A stretch of 36,181 bases of DNA from IMG/VR virus record IMGVR_UViG_3300018080_000078, positions 1 to 36,181 of that record; one strand, given 5' to 3'. The notes beneath the pieces were generated by a model. It did not search any database. It was not told the origin of the DNA and saw only the letters and a program-made list of their open reading frames with translations. The translations under genes and the position numbers were made by a program. Source of the DNA: a virus. This document shows, in pieces, positions 1-7,721 of this stretch (positions are counted from its first letter, which is position 1; every line of letters starts with the position of its first letter).

Positions 1-123
1 CAACGGCTTCGACGGTTATTCAGTCTGGAACAGGAGATGTAACAATAACATCTACTGATGCTATATTGGCTGACGCAGCAGGAGTATTAGAATTAAATTC
101 TTCTGGAGGCGTAATTTCTATAG
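1..123. repeat. Terminal overlap, copy 1 (identical to 36059..36181)
   Basis: Base-by-base comparison of the two window ends gives 123/123 identical. Confidence 0.97.
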
Positions 124-1904
124 CAAATGATGCAGTAAATCAAAATGTGAATATTTCTACTGCTGGTAATAGAACTACAACAATTGGGGCAACTGGCGGA
201 ACGGCAGGGTTGGTTTTAAATGCTGGCTCAGGAAATATAACAACCGCATCAGATGGAACTATTGATATAGATTCAACTGGCGCTGTTTCTGTTAATTCAA
301 CCGGTGGCGCTTTGAACGTTGGAAATGACGCTGATGCACAGGCTGTTAACATTTCTACGGGAGCTGCGAATAGAACGCTTACTGCAGGAAGTACAAATAC
401 AACTTCGACAACAACTATTCAGTCTGGATCTGGTGGAATAGCACTCAATTCAACTCTTGGCTCAACAGCTATAACAGCTACAGAAGATGCCGCAGATGCT
501 ATCTATCTACATGCAAATGGTGGAACATCAGAAACAATTAGATTGCATGCAGATCAAGGGACTGGTGTTGCTTCTATTGGACTAGAGTCAGATGTTGGTG
601 GAATTACCATGGACTCAGGCTTAGCTTCAGCAGATGCGATAAATATAGTTGCTTCAGATGCTGCGGGTGGAATTGATATTGATGCAGGAACAAATGGCAT
701 AGATGTATTGGCAACTGGTGGTTCTGTAACAGTGAGCGCAACTGAAGATGCGGCGAATGCTATTTACCTACACGCAAATGGCGGAGTTTCGGAAACCGTT
801 AAAATTCACTCTGACCAAGGAACCGGTGTTGCTTCTGTGGAAGTTGCTTCTGATGTTGGTGGTGTAACAATTTCTTCTGGCCTGGCCTCAGCTGATGCTA
901 TAAATATTAATGCCTCAAATGCTGCAGGCGGAATAGATGTAGACTGTGGCACGAATGGGTTTGCATTAGATGCAACAGGTGGCTCAGTAACTGTAACAGC
1001 AACAGAGGATGCTGCGGACGCAATTTACCTCCATACAAACGGTGGAACAAGTGAAACTTTGAGATTGCACTCTGACCAAGGAACTGGCGTTGCATCAGTA
1101 GGTTTGATATCTGATGTTGGTGGTATTACGCTTGATGCTGGACTTGCAGCAGCTAACTCTATCATAATAGACGCTTCAGATGCTGCAGGTGGAATAGATG
1201 TTGATTATGGTACAGGCGGAATGACTGTAACTGGCGGAAATGGCGCGTTTACAGTTGCTACTGGAACAGGCGCAGTTTCGCTCGGGGCAGACGCAGCAGC
1301 TAAGACTTGTACCTTGGGTTCAACTACAGGTGCGTCAGCAACAGTTGTGCAGAGTGGATCAGGAAATACCTCAATTACTTCAACTGGAACAGTGGACGTT
1401 GACGCTACAGGTGCTGTTTCTATAAACTCAACAGGTGGTGCGCTGAATGTAGGATCAGATGCCGACGCACAAGCTGTTAATATTTGTACCGGAGCTGCGG
1501 CTAGAGATCTAACTTTAGGCTCAACCAACACAACAAGTTCAACAACTGTGCAGGCTGGAACAGGCGGTGTAGATATCTCTGCTGCTGGTATTGTTACGAT
1601 GACACCATCAACAGCAACAAATGCTGGAACGTCTGTAACCATTAATGCAAACGTTGGTGTAGCTACATACACAGGCCAAACAACTGCAGCAGCTGCAAGT
1701 ATAACGCTTACAGTAACAAACAGTGTTTGCACAACTGGTTCAGCTATATTGGCAAGTGTGTCTACACTTGGTAGCAATGATGCACAGCTTACGGTAAATA
1801 GAATTAAGCCGGCTGCAGGTTCATTCACCGTACAATGTACCAACGATGGTGCAGCAGCTGTGAATGGTAATATTATTCTTACGTTCTGGATTATAGCTGC
1901 ATAA
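1..1904 (+). CDS. Tail fibre/spike protein 1, 3' part (last 633 residues) of a junction-spanning gene. The 5' part is 35065..36181; the joined ORF is 2898 nt, 965 aa
   Basis: The frame is open from base 3 with no upstream stop. ORF-track entry 66..1904 is the same frame, and its TTG at 66 is an internal Leu. The frame is continuous with 35065..36181 once the 123-bp overlap is collapsed. The product is Gly/Ala/Thr/Ser-rich and repetitive, with three tandem 87-aa units. A terminator hairpin follows the stop. Confidence 0.85.
   Translation, partial: TASTVIQSGTGDVTITSTDAILADAAGVLELNSSGGVISIANDAVNQNVNISTAGNRTTTIGATGGTAGLVLNAGSGNITTASDGTIDIDSTGAVSVNSTGGALNVGNDADAQAVNISTGAANRTLTAGSTNTTSTTTIQSGSGGIALNSTLGSTAITATEDAADAIYLHANGGTSETIRLHADQGTGVASIGLESDVGGITMDSGLASADAINIVASDAAGGIDIDAGTNGIDVLATGGSVTVSATEDAANAIYLHANGGVSETVKIHSDQGTGVASVEVASDVGGVTISSGLASADAININASNAAGGIDVDCGTNGFALDATGGSVTVTATEDAADAIYLHTNGGTSETLRLHSDQGTGVASVGLISDVGGITLDAGLAAANSIIIDASDAAGGIDVDYGTGGMTVTGGNGAFTVATGTGAVSLGADAAAKTCTLGSTTGASATVVQSGSGNTSITSTGTVDVDATGAVSINSTGGALNVGSDADAQAVNICTGAAARDLTLGSTNTTSSTTVQAGTGGVDISAAGIVTMTPSTATNAGTSVTINANVGVATYTGQTTAAAASITLTVTNSVCTTGSAILASVSTLGSNDAQLTVNRIKPAAGSFTVQCTNDGAAAVNGNIILTFWIIAA
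477..1259 (+). repeat. Three in-frame tandem 261-bp (87-aa) repeats inside fibre 1 (477, 738, 999), with a fourth diverged copy at 35635..35895
   Basis: The unit recurs as A(T/D)(E/D)DA.(D/N)AIYLH.NGG.SE..(R/K)(L/I)H(A/S)DQGTGVAS...SDVGG(I/V)T..(S/A)GLA.A..I.I.AS.AAGGID(I/V)D.GT.G with an exact 261-nt period. Confidence 0.9.
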
Positions 1905-1927
1905 AAGATTTGGCTTTTTCAGGATTG

Positions 1928-1960
1928 CCCCTGCAGTTGAAATGCTGTGGGGGTATTTTT
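1928..1960 (+). terminator. Rho-independent terminator after fibre 1
   Basis: CCCCTGCAG (1928-1936) pairs with CTGTGGGGG (1945-1953): a 9-bp stem with 2 G-U pairs and an 8-nt loop, followed by TATTTTT. Confidence 0.6.
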
Positions 1961-2032
1961 ATATATTCTTCTTAAAAATTTATTGTTATAGCCTGATACA
2001 TGTAACTAGTTATTTTACTGTAAAGGTTTGTC

Positions 2033-2260
2033 ATGGCAAAAAAAATAAAAGTTCCTAAACAAGGAAAGAAGAAGAAAATATTTAAAAAGAAAATGGATGT
2101 TGTTCTTAAAGAGGCTAAAGCTGGAGATCTTAATATTGGTAAAAGTAAGAAAAAAGTTAAAAGCCGCAAGCAGGCAATTGCTATTGCGCTAAGCGAGGCT
2201 TCAAAAGCTGCAAAGCGTGGATCTGTTGGGAAGCGTGCTAAAAAGAAAGGGGCTAAGTAA
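2033..2260 (+). CDS. Lysine-rich small basic protein (75 aa)
   Basis: About one third of residues are Lys. The central motif SRKQAIAIALSEA resembles the conserved core of small bacterial DUF-type proteins (as I recall it, DUF6496-like). The stop overlaps the next start (TAATG). Confidence 0.6.
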   Translation: MAKKIKVPKQGKKKKIFKKKMDVVLKEAKAGDLNIGKSKKKVKSRKQAIAIALSEASKAAKRGSVGKRAKKKGAK

Positions 2261-2601
2261 TGAGCGGATATATTACAATAAATCCTGAAACAGGAAGATT
2301 TGAAGACGCAAAACAGCTTGCATTTGGTGGCATAGGGGCGGCTTACGCTGCTATCGGAACGTTAACAAATGCTCCACGTTATTTTATGGTTAACAATTTC
2401 ACAGACATTGACGTGTGGATTAGCACAGATGGAATTGACGATCATTTTCCAGTAGCGGCTGGCGGTGCGGTTGTTCTTGATTGTGCGACAAACGGTATAA
2501 AGTTGCCGAAAGGCACAACGTTTTATGTTAAGCAGCTTGCCGGTGCTGCTGCTACAAGTGGCTCCGTTATTCTTTCTTCAATGTATAATTTTGTCTCTTA
2601 A
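2260..2601 (+). CDS. Hypothetical protein (113 aa), translationally coupled to the upstream gene
   Basis: ATG shares one base with the upstream TAA. The ORF is compact with no competing ORF. No motif recognised. Confidence 0.6.
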   Translation: MSGYITINPETGRFEDAKQLAFGGIGAAYAAIGTLTNAPRYFMVNNFTDIDVWISTDGIDDHFPVAAGGAVVLDCATNGIKLPKGTTFYVKQLAGAAATSGSVILSSMYNFVS

Positions 2602-2616
2602 TATAGGGGTTATGTT

Positions 2617-5193
2617 ATGTCGCAAATAATAGTATCTCCGGCTACTGCACTTGGCTTGCCGCTTGATGTTACAGACCCAACTGAGCTTACAGGTGCAACA
2701 CAGTATGCGTTGCTTGTTGGTGCTGCTACAGGTGCTCTTACATCGCTTGCGGCTGCAAATGATGGAGAGATTCCTATAGGTTCTACAGGTGTAAACCCTG
2801 TTATTGCAACAATTACTGCTGGAACAAATATTAATATTACAAACGGGGCAGGCTCAATAACTATTGACGCAGCTGATCAGACGGACTTTCAAGATGATTT
2901 ATTTAGAGTTTACGACAATATAGATAATACAAAAGAGATTGCCTTTCAGGCTGATCAAATAACAACATTCAATACGCGTACTATAACAATGTGTGATCAA
3001 GACCTTGATCTTACAAATCCCTCTTTTCCTGGGCTCGTAACTGCTGCAACTGGGCTAGTTGCAACGGCTGGCGATGTTGACATTTTGGCTGGCAATCTTG
3101 ATCTTCCAACGACAAATGCGGCTCTTACTGAGGGCGTTATAAAAGTTGGTGCGACCTCATATTTTCATGCTTATGGTGTTGACAATCTGTTCATAGGGCC
3201 AGACAGTGGGAATGGAATAAACACAGGCGGAAACAATACCGGTATTGGCGTATTGACGCTTTCTAGTCTTACGGCTGGCGACGATAATACTGCAATTGGT
3301 GGTTCTTCGCTAGAGAATCTTACTACTGGTATAGGTAATGTTGCTATAGGCATTGAGGCTTTAGAGGTTCTAACAACAGGCGACTACAATGTTGCAGTTG
3401 GAACTGGATCATCTCCTTTAATAACAACTGGTAGTTACAATATAGCAATAGGGCCAAACGCTGGCTCTGGAATTACAATTGGAGATTCAAGCAATATTCT
3501 CATAGGAAATGATGGTTTTGCCGGAGAAGACAATGCTATTCGTCTAGGAACACAGGGGGGTGGTGCTGGCCAACAAAATAGATGTAATATTGCTGGTATC
3601 TATGGAGTTACCCCTGCTGGCGCAACCGAAACAGTTATAATAGACGCTACTGGGCAGCTTGGCTCAACAGCTGCTGCGCCAGGTGGAAACACTTTTGATG
3701 ACAGTCTGTTTAGAGTGTATGACGATGGAGACAATAGCAAGAGGCTTGCGTTTCAATGTTCTAGTATATCAGGATCTACAACTCGCACCATTACAATGGA
3801 CGATCGCGACATTGATATGGATGAGGTTGTAACAACCTATGCAACAGATAGTGGAAACGCCACTGGTAGTAGCGGCACAATTACGATAGCTGGTGCCGGT
3901 ACGGTTTCTACATCTGGAGCTGGCGCTACTGTAACCATAACTGGTGCTGGCGGGGGCAATGAGTTTGTTGATAATGTATTTAGGGTAAAGGATGATGGCG
4001 ACAATACAAAAAAAATAGCATTTGAAGCATCTACTATAACAACAGGAACAACTCGTACGATTACCATGTGTGACCAGGACCTAAGTCTTGTTAGCCCACA
4101 ATTTCCTGGTTCTGTAACAGCTGGTACCGGGCTAACTGTAACAACTGGAGATGCGACAATATCAGCTGGAAATCTTAATCTTCCTACGACTAATGCTGCA
4201 TTAACTGAGGGCGTTATAGAGTTTAATAGCGTTGGATTTTTTCATGCGTATGGTACCAATAACGTATTTGTTGGCGGAAGTTCTGGAAATGGAACTCTGA
4301 CCGGTCAGAACAATAGTGCTGTTGGTTATGATTCCTTAGATGCGCTGACTACTGGTAATTTCAATATGGCCATAGGATCGCAGGCGCTAACAGATTGTAC
4401 AACTGGAATATCAAATACAGCATTAGGATACCAGGCGCTGCAAAATCTTGTAGATGGTGATTATAACTCAGCAATTGGAACTCAGGCAGGAAACGCGATT
4501 ACATCTGGCAGTGGCAATATGCTTGTTGGAAGGGTTGCTGGACAATTGATAACAACTGGCGACTATAATATTGGCGTTGGGCACGGTGCACTGGGAGCAC
4601 TTGTTAGCGGTGACTATAATATTGGAATAGGAACCGGCGCTGGAAATGCGCTTACAACAAATGATAGTGATAATATTTGCATATCAAATACAGGCACCGC
4701 AGGCGACAACAACACCATTCGTCTTGGCACCCAGGGAACTGGTAATAAGCAACAAGATAAGTGCTTCATAGCTGGCATATATAACACTACTCCTTCTGGT
4801 GGTGTAGATGGCACCGTTGTTATTGACTCCAATGGGCAGCTTGGCTCGATAGCTGGTGCTGCTCCTATGGACCGTGTAGACGCAACTGGCGCAGCCCAAG
4901 CAATGGCTGTAAACACAGAGTATACAACTAATCGTGGTGCTGGCATTGTTGCTTACACGCTTCCAGCGGCCGCGGCTGTTGGTGATGTCATAGAAGTGTG
5001 GGGAAATTCTGCTAATGGGTGGTCAATAGCTCAGAACGCAGGGCAAACAATACATATTCTTGGCTCTAGCACAACAACTGGCGTAGGTGGATCACTTGCT
5101 TCTACAACGCAGTATGATTGTATTAGGCTGAAGTGTACTGTTACAGATACTGATTTTGTTGGAATTCCAACAGGTAACCTAACTGTTGTATAG
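2617..5193 (+). CDS. Tail fibre protein 2 (858 aa) with an internally duplicated module
   Basis: The N-terminus MSQIIVSPATALGLPLDVTDPTEL..GEIPIGSTGVNP is shared with fibre 3. It contains beta-helix-like N.A(I/V)G repeats. The motif IRLGTQG...Q..C.IAGIY...G..(V/I)IDS/A.GQLGS occurs twice. Confidence 0.85.
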   Translation: MSQIIVSPATALGLPLDVTDPTELTGATQYALLVGAATGALTSLAAANDGEIPIGSTGVNPVIATITAGTNINITNGAGSITIDAADQTDFQDDLFRVYDNIDNTKEIAFQADQITTFNTRTITMCDQDLDLTNPSFPGLVTAATGLVATAGDVDILAGNLDLPTTNAALTEGVIKVGATSYFHAYGVDNLFIGPDSGNGINTGGNNTGIGVLTLSSLTAGDDNTAIGGSSLENLTTGIGNVAIGIEALEVLTTGDYNVAVGTGSSPLITTGSYNIAIGPNAGSGITIGDSSNILIGNDGFAGEDNAIRLGTQGGGAGQQNRCNIAGIYGVTPAGATETVIIDATGQLGSTAAAPGGNTFDDSLFRVYDDGDNSKRLAFQCSSISGSTTRTITMDDRDIDMDEVVTTYATDSGNATGSSGTITIAGAGTVSTSGAGATVTITGAGGGNEFVDNVFRVKDDGDNTKKIAFEASTITTGTTRTITMCDQDLSLVSPQFPGSVTAGTGLTVTTGDATISAGNLNLPTTNAALTEGVIEFNSVGFFHAYGTNNVFVGGSSGNGTLTGQNNSAVGYDSLDALTTGNFNMAIGSQALTDCTTGISNTALGYQALQNLVDGDYNSAIGTQAGNAITSGSGNMLVGRVAGQLITTGDYNIGVGHGALGALVSGDYNIGIGTGAGNALTTNDSDNICISNTGTAGDNNTIRLGTQGTGNKQQDKCFIAGIYNTTPSGGVDGTVVIDSNGQLGSIAGAAPMDRVDATGAAQAMAVNTEYTTNRGAGIVAYTLPAAAAVGDVIEVWGNSANGWSIAQNAGQTIHILGSSTTTGVGGSLASTTQYDCIRLKCTVTDTDFVGIPTGNLTVV
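2887..3666 (+). repeat. Fibre 2 internal module, copy 1 (aa 91-350)
   Basis: It begins FQDDLFRVYDNIDNTKEIAFQ...TRTITMCDQDLDL and ends IRLGTQGGGAGQQNRCNIAGIYGV...GQLGS. This is paralogous to 3964..4848. An orphan half-copy (FDDSLFRVYDDGDNSKRLAFQ...TRTITMDDRDIDM) lies at about 3694..3822. Confidence 0.85.
3964..4848 (+). repeat. Fibre 2 internal module, copy 2 (aa 450-744)
   Basis: It begins FVDNVFRVKDDGDNTKKIAFE...TRTITMCDQDLSL and ends IRLGTQGTGNKQQDKCFIAGIYNT...GQLGS. Confidence 0.85.
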
Positions 5194-5201
5194 GAGGTGC
5201 T

Positions 5202-5858
5202 ATGGCTAAAATAAATGTGATAAATAATGCTACTGGTCAACTCACGGTCGACCCAGGAGCTTCTGGGGATTCATTTATTCAGTTTGATATCAATGGAACA
5301 GGTGAGTTTAGGATTGGCGTTGACGATGATGATTCTGACAAGTTTAAAATATCTGCGGGATCAGCACTCGGAGTAAACGATACTCTGGTAATTACGTCAT
5401 CTGGAGAAATTACACAGCCTCTTAATTCTGCATTTTTAGCTTACTTAGGAACGTCAGACACGTCTGTAACAGGAGACGGAACAGCATTTACACTTGGATC
5501 TGGAAACGCACTAACAGAGGTGTTCGATCAGAATTCTGACTTTAATACAAACGGAACTTTCACAGCACCTATATTAGGACGCTATTGGATTAGCGCGATG
5601 TTACAACTTAATGATATAGGATCACATACGTCTGCAGAAATAAAGATTGATGCGAGCAACAGAGACTGGATATCTGGAATTAGTGATCCTTCGGTTTGGG
5701 ATGCCTCTGGAGATATAAGCTTAAGAATATGTGCGCTCGTTGATATGGACGCATCTGACACTGCAACAATAGTGGTAACCGTAAGCGGATCAACAAAGAC
5801 TGTCGATGTGATATCAAATGCTGCCGCAACAAATTTTTGTGGAAAATTAGTATGTTAG
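5202..5858 (+). CDS. C1q/TNF-like domain protein, paralogue 1 (218 aa); putative receptor-binding/tail-tip protein
   Basis: The conserved N-terminus is IN.INN..G.L.VDPGASGDSFIQFDINGTGEFRIGVDDDD.DKFKIS. The C-terminal half has a gC1q-like pattern (AFLAYL...EVFDQNSDFNTNGTFTAPILGRYWIS...DMDASDTATI). It ends in LVC. Confidence 0.7.
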   Translation: MAKINVINNATGQLTVDPGASGDSFIQFDINGTGEFRIGVDDDDSDKFKISAGSALGVNDTLVITSSGEITQPLNSAFLAYLGTSDTSVTGDGTAFTLGSGNALTEVFDQNSDFNTNGTFTAPILGRYWISAMLQLNDIGSHTSAEIKIDASNRDWISGISDPSVWDASGDISLRICALVDMDASDTATIVVTVSGSTKTVDVISNAAATNFCGKLVC

Positions 5859-5865
5859 GGGCAAT

Positions 5866-6534
5866 ATGTCAAAAATAAATTCTATTAACAATAGTGGCAG
5901 CAATCTTGAAATAGATCCTGGAGCGTCTGGTGATTCATTTATCCAATTTGATATAAATGGTACCGGAGAGTTTAGGATTGGTGTTGATGATGATGATTTG
6001 GACAAGTTCAAAATAAGTCAGGGCTCAGCACTTGGCTCAAATGATACATATGTTGTTACAGAAAACGGAGAAATTACTGCTCCGCTACAACCTGCATTCC
6101 TTGCGTACTTAGCTTCTACTGATGCTAATGTTGTTGGAGCAAGTGCATGGTACACAATTGGTACCAGCACAGCCTTGACTGAGGTATTTGACCAAAACTC
6201 TGATTTTAATACGAATGGTACATTTACAGCGCCAACTACCGGGCGGTACTTATTAAGCTATTATACAAATGTTATTGGACTTACATCGAGCCACACACAG
6301 ATAATTTGCAAGATTGTTACTAGTAATAGGCAGCACTATAATACGTATGCATATAATCCGTACGCGTTGTCGACAAGCAATGAATACTCATCGGTTTGTT
6401 TTGCTACGCTTGCAGATATGGACGCCTCGGATACGGCAACATTTCAGATTAATGTATATAGCGGAACTAAGGTTGCAGATCTTGAAGGATCGTCAGATCT
6501 TTATACGCAGATATCGGGATGTTTAGTTTGTTAG
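5866..6534 (+). CDS. C1q/TNF-like domain protein, paralogue 2 (222 aa)
   Basis: Same architecture as 5202..5858: AFLAYL...EVFDQNSDFNTNGTFTAPTTGRYLLS...DMDASDTATF, ending in LVC. An 8-nt spacer with an RBS precedes it. Confidence 0.7.
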   Translation: MSKINSINNSGSNLEIDPGASGDSFIQFDINGTGEFRIGVDDDDLDKFKISQGSALGSNDTYVVTENGEITAPLQPAFLAYLASTDANVVGASAWYTIGTSTALTEVFDQNSDFNTNGTFTAPTTGRYLLSYYTNVIGLTSSHTQIICKIVTSNRQHYNTYAYNPYALSTSNEYSSVCFATLADMDASDTATFQINVYSGTKVADLEGSSDLYTQISGCLVC

Positions 6535-6543
6535 GGAAAGTAT

Positions 6544-7197
6544 ATGGCAACAATTAATTCTATAAACAATAAATCAGGAAGCCTTACAGTCGATCCTGGA
6601 GCATCAGGAGATTCTTTTGTACAGCTTAATATAAACACTGTAGGAAAGTATATCATTGGAGTAGATGACAGTGATGGAGACAAGTTTAAGATAGAAGCAG
6701 GATCTGCGTTCACAACGGCACCTTTTGAAGTAGATGCTAACGGAATTATTCGAATGACTAATCAGCCAGCTTTTTTTGCGACAAATACTGCTGGTGACTT
6801 GAATGTGACCGGAGATTCTACAGAGTTTACATGTGATTTTAATTCAGAAATATTTGATCAGGGGAGTGATTTTTCCGCAGACACATTCGCAGCTCCAGCT
6901 ACTGGAAGATACCTTCTATGTACAAGCGTATTCTTTCAGGGTATAACAAGTTCTCATACAGCTGGAAATATAAAGATAGTTACCAGTAATCGTACGTACG
7001 AATTTAAAACAGGAAATCCATATGCTCAAACAAGTAGTGGAACAAATTTTCAAGTTAATATATCAGTTATTGCAGATATGGATGTATCCGATACAGCAAC
7101 GGTTACTGGTACTATAGATAATGGTGCCAAGGTTGTAGACTTGTTTGGCGCAGCAACTGATCAATACACAGGTTTTAGTGGTGTTCTAGTTTGTTAA
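6544..7197 (+). CDS. C1q/TNF-like domain protein, paralogue 3 (217 aa)
   Basis: Same architecture but more diverged: AFFATN...EIFDQGSDFSADTFAAPATGRYLLC...DMDVSDTATV, ending in LVC. Confidence 0.7.
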   Translation: MATINSINNKSGSLTVDPGASGDSFVQLNINTVGKYIIGVDDSDGDKFKIEAGSAFTTAPFEVDANGIIRMTNQPAFFATNTAGDLNVTGDSTEFTCDFNSEIFDQGSDFSADTFAAPATGRYLLCTSVFFQGITSSHTAGNIKIVTSNRTYEFKTGNPYAQTSSGTNFQVNISVIADMDVSDTATVTGTIDNGAKVVDLFGAATDQYTGFSGVLVC

Positions 7198-7207
7198 AGG
7201 AAGAATT

Positions 7208-7510
7208 ATGATAATACAAATCGATGGACAAGATCTTTTTGAGCTTACAGAAACTCAAAAGAGTGTTTTAAAAAATGACATTAAATCAGAAACATTTGAA
7301 GATGATATAAAGCGTCGTCTTTTTTACGTAATTAATCATAAATATGAGCAATGCTTTAAGAGATTAAAGGCTGAATGGGAGCCAAAATTAGCTGCTAATG
7401 GTGTGAAATCTATTCCAACAGATAAAGATGCCTTTGCACAGTTAGTGTTCTCGCAGAAGGACTATAAGGATAGAAGCGCGAGAGAACTAGAAGTTAAGGA
7501 GGTAGTATGA
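7208..7510 (+). CDS. Hypothetical protein (100 aa)
   Basis: Compact ORF in the fibre operon. Its stop overlaps the next start (ATGA). Confidence 0.55.
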   Translation: MIIQIDGQDLFELTETQKSVLKNDIKSETFEDDIKRRLFYVINHKYEQCFKRLKAEWEPKLAANGVKSIPTDKDAFAQLVFSQKDYKDRSARELEVKEVV

Positions 7511-7713
7511 TTAAGCTGATTGGTATTATTATTGTTTCTGCTGCGGTTGTTGTTGGTGTTGCTTCTAGGTTTATATTTAAAAAGTCTGACAACGTTGTTG
7601 AGGAAATAGCAGAGAAGATTATAAAAGACAAAACAGGATATGATGTCGACTTGAGTCCTGACACGCAAGAGGTTCCTGACATTCAAAAGGACTATGACGG
7701 CAAAAAGAAATAG
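7507..7713 (+). CDS. Small single-pass membrane protein (68 aa)
   Basis: The N-terminal hydrophobic helix IKLIGIIIVSAAVVVGVA is followed by an acidic/charged tail. ATGA coupling to the upstream gene. Confidence 0.55.
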   Translation: MIKLIGIIIVSAAVVVGVASRFIFKKSDNVVEEIAEKIIKDKTGYDVDLSPDTQEVPDIQKDYDGKKK

Positions 7714-7721
7714 GAGAAAGT

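Noticed and set aside
477-1259. The regular 261-bp repeats as a CRISPR array or non-coding satellite
   Set aside because: The period is a multiple of three, and the copies are in frame and diverged mainly at synonymous or conservative positions. There are no unique spacers between short repeats. This is protein-coding repeat architecture.
6314-6526. 70-aa plus-strand ORF overlapping the end of C1q-like paralogue 2 in another frame
   Set aside because: It is wholly embedded in a gene whose frame is supported by two paralogues. Its product is Arg/Ile-rich with no start context.
5202-7197. A diversity-generating retroelement acting on the C1q-like or fibre genes
   Set aside because: No reverse transcriptase ORF exists anywhere in the complete genome. 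I see no template/variable repeat pair with adenine-specific mismatches. The paralogues differ throughout, not in one short variable region.
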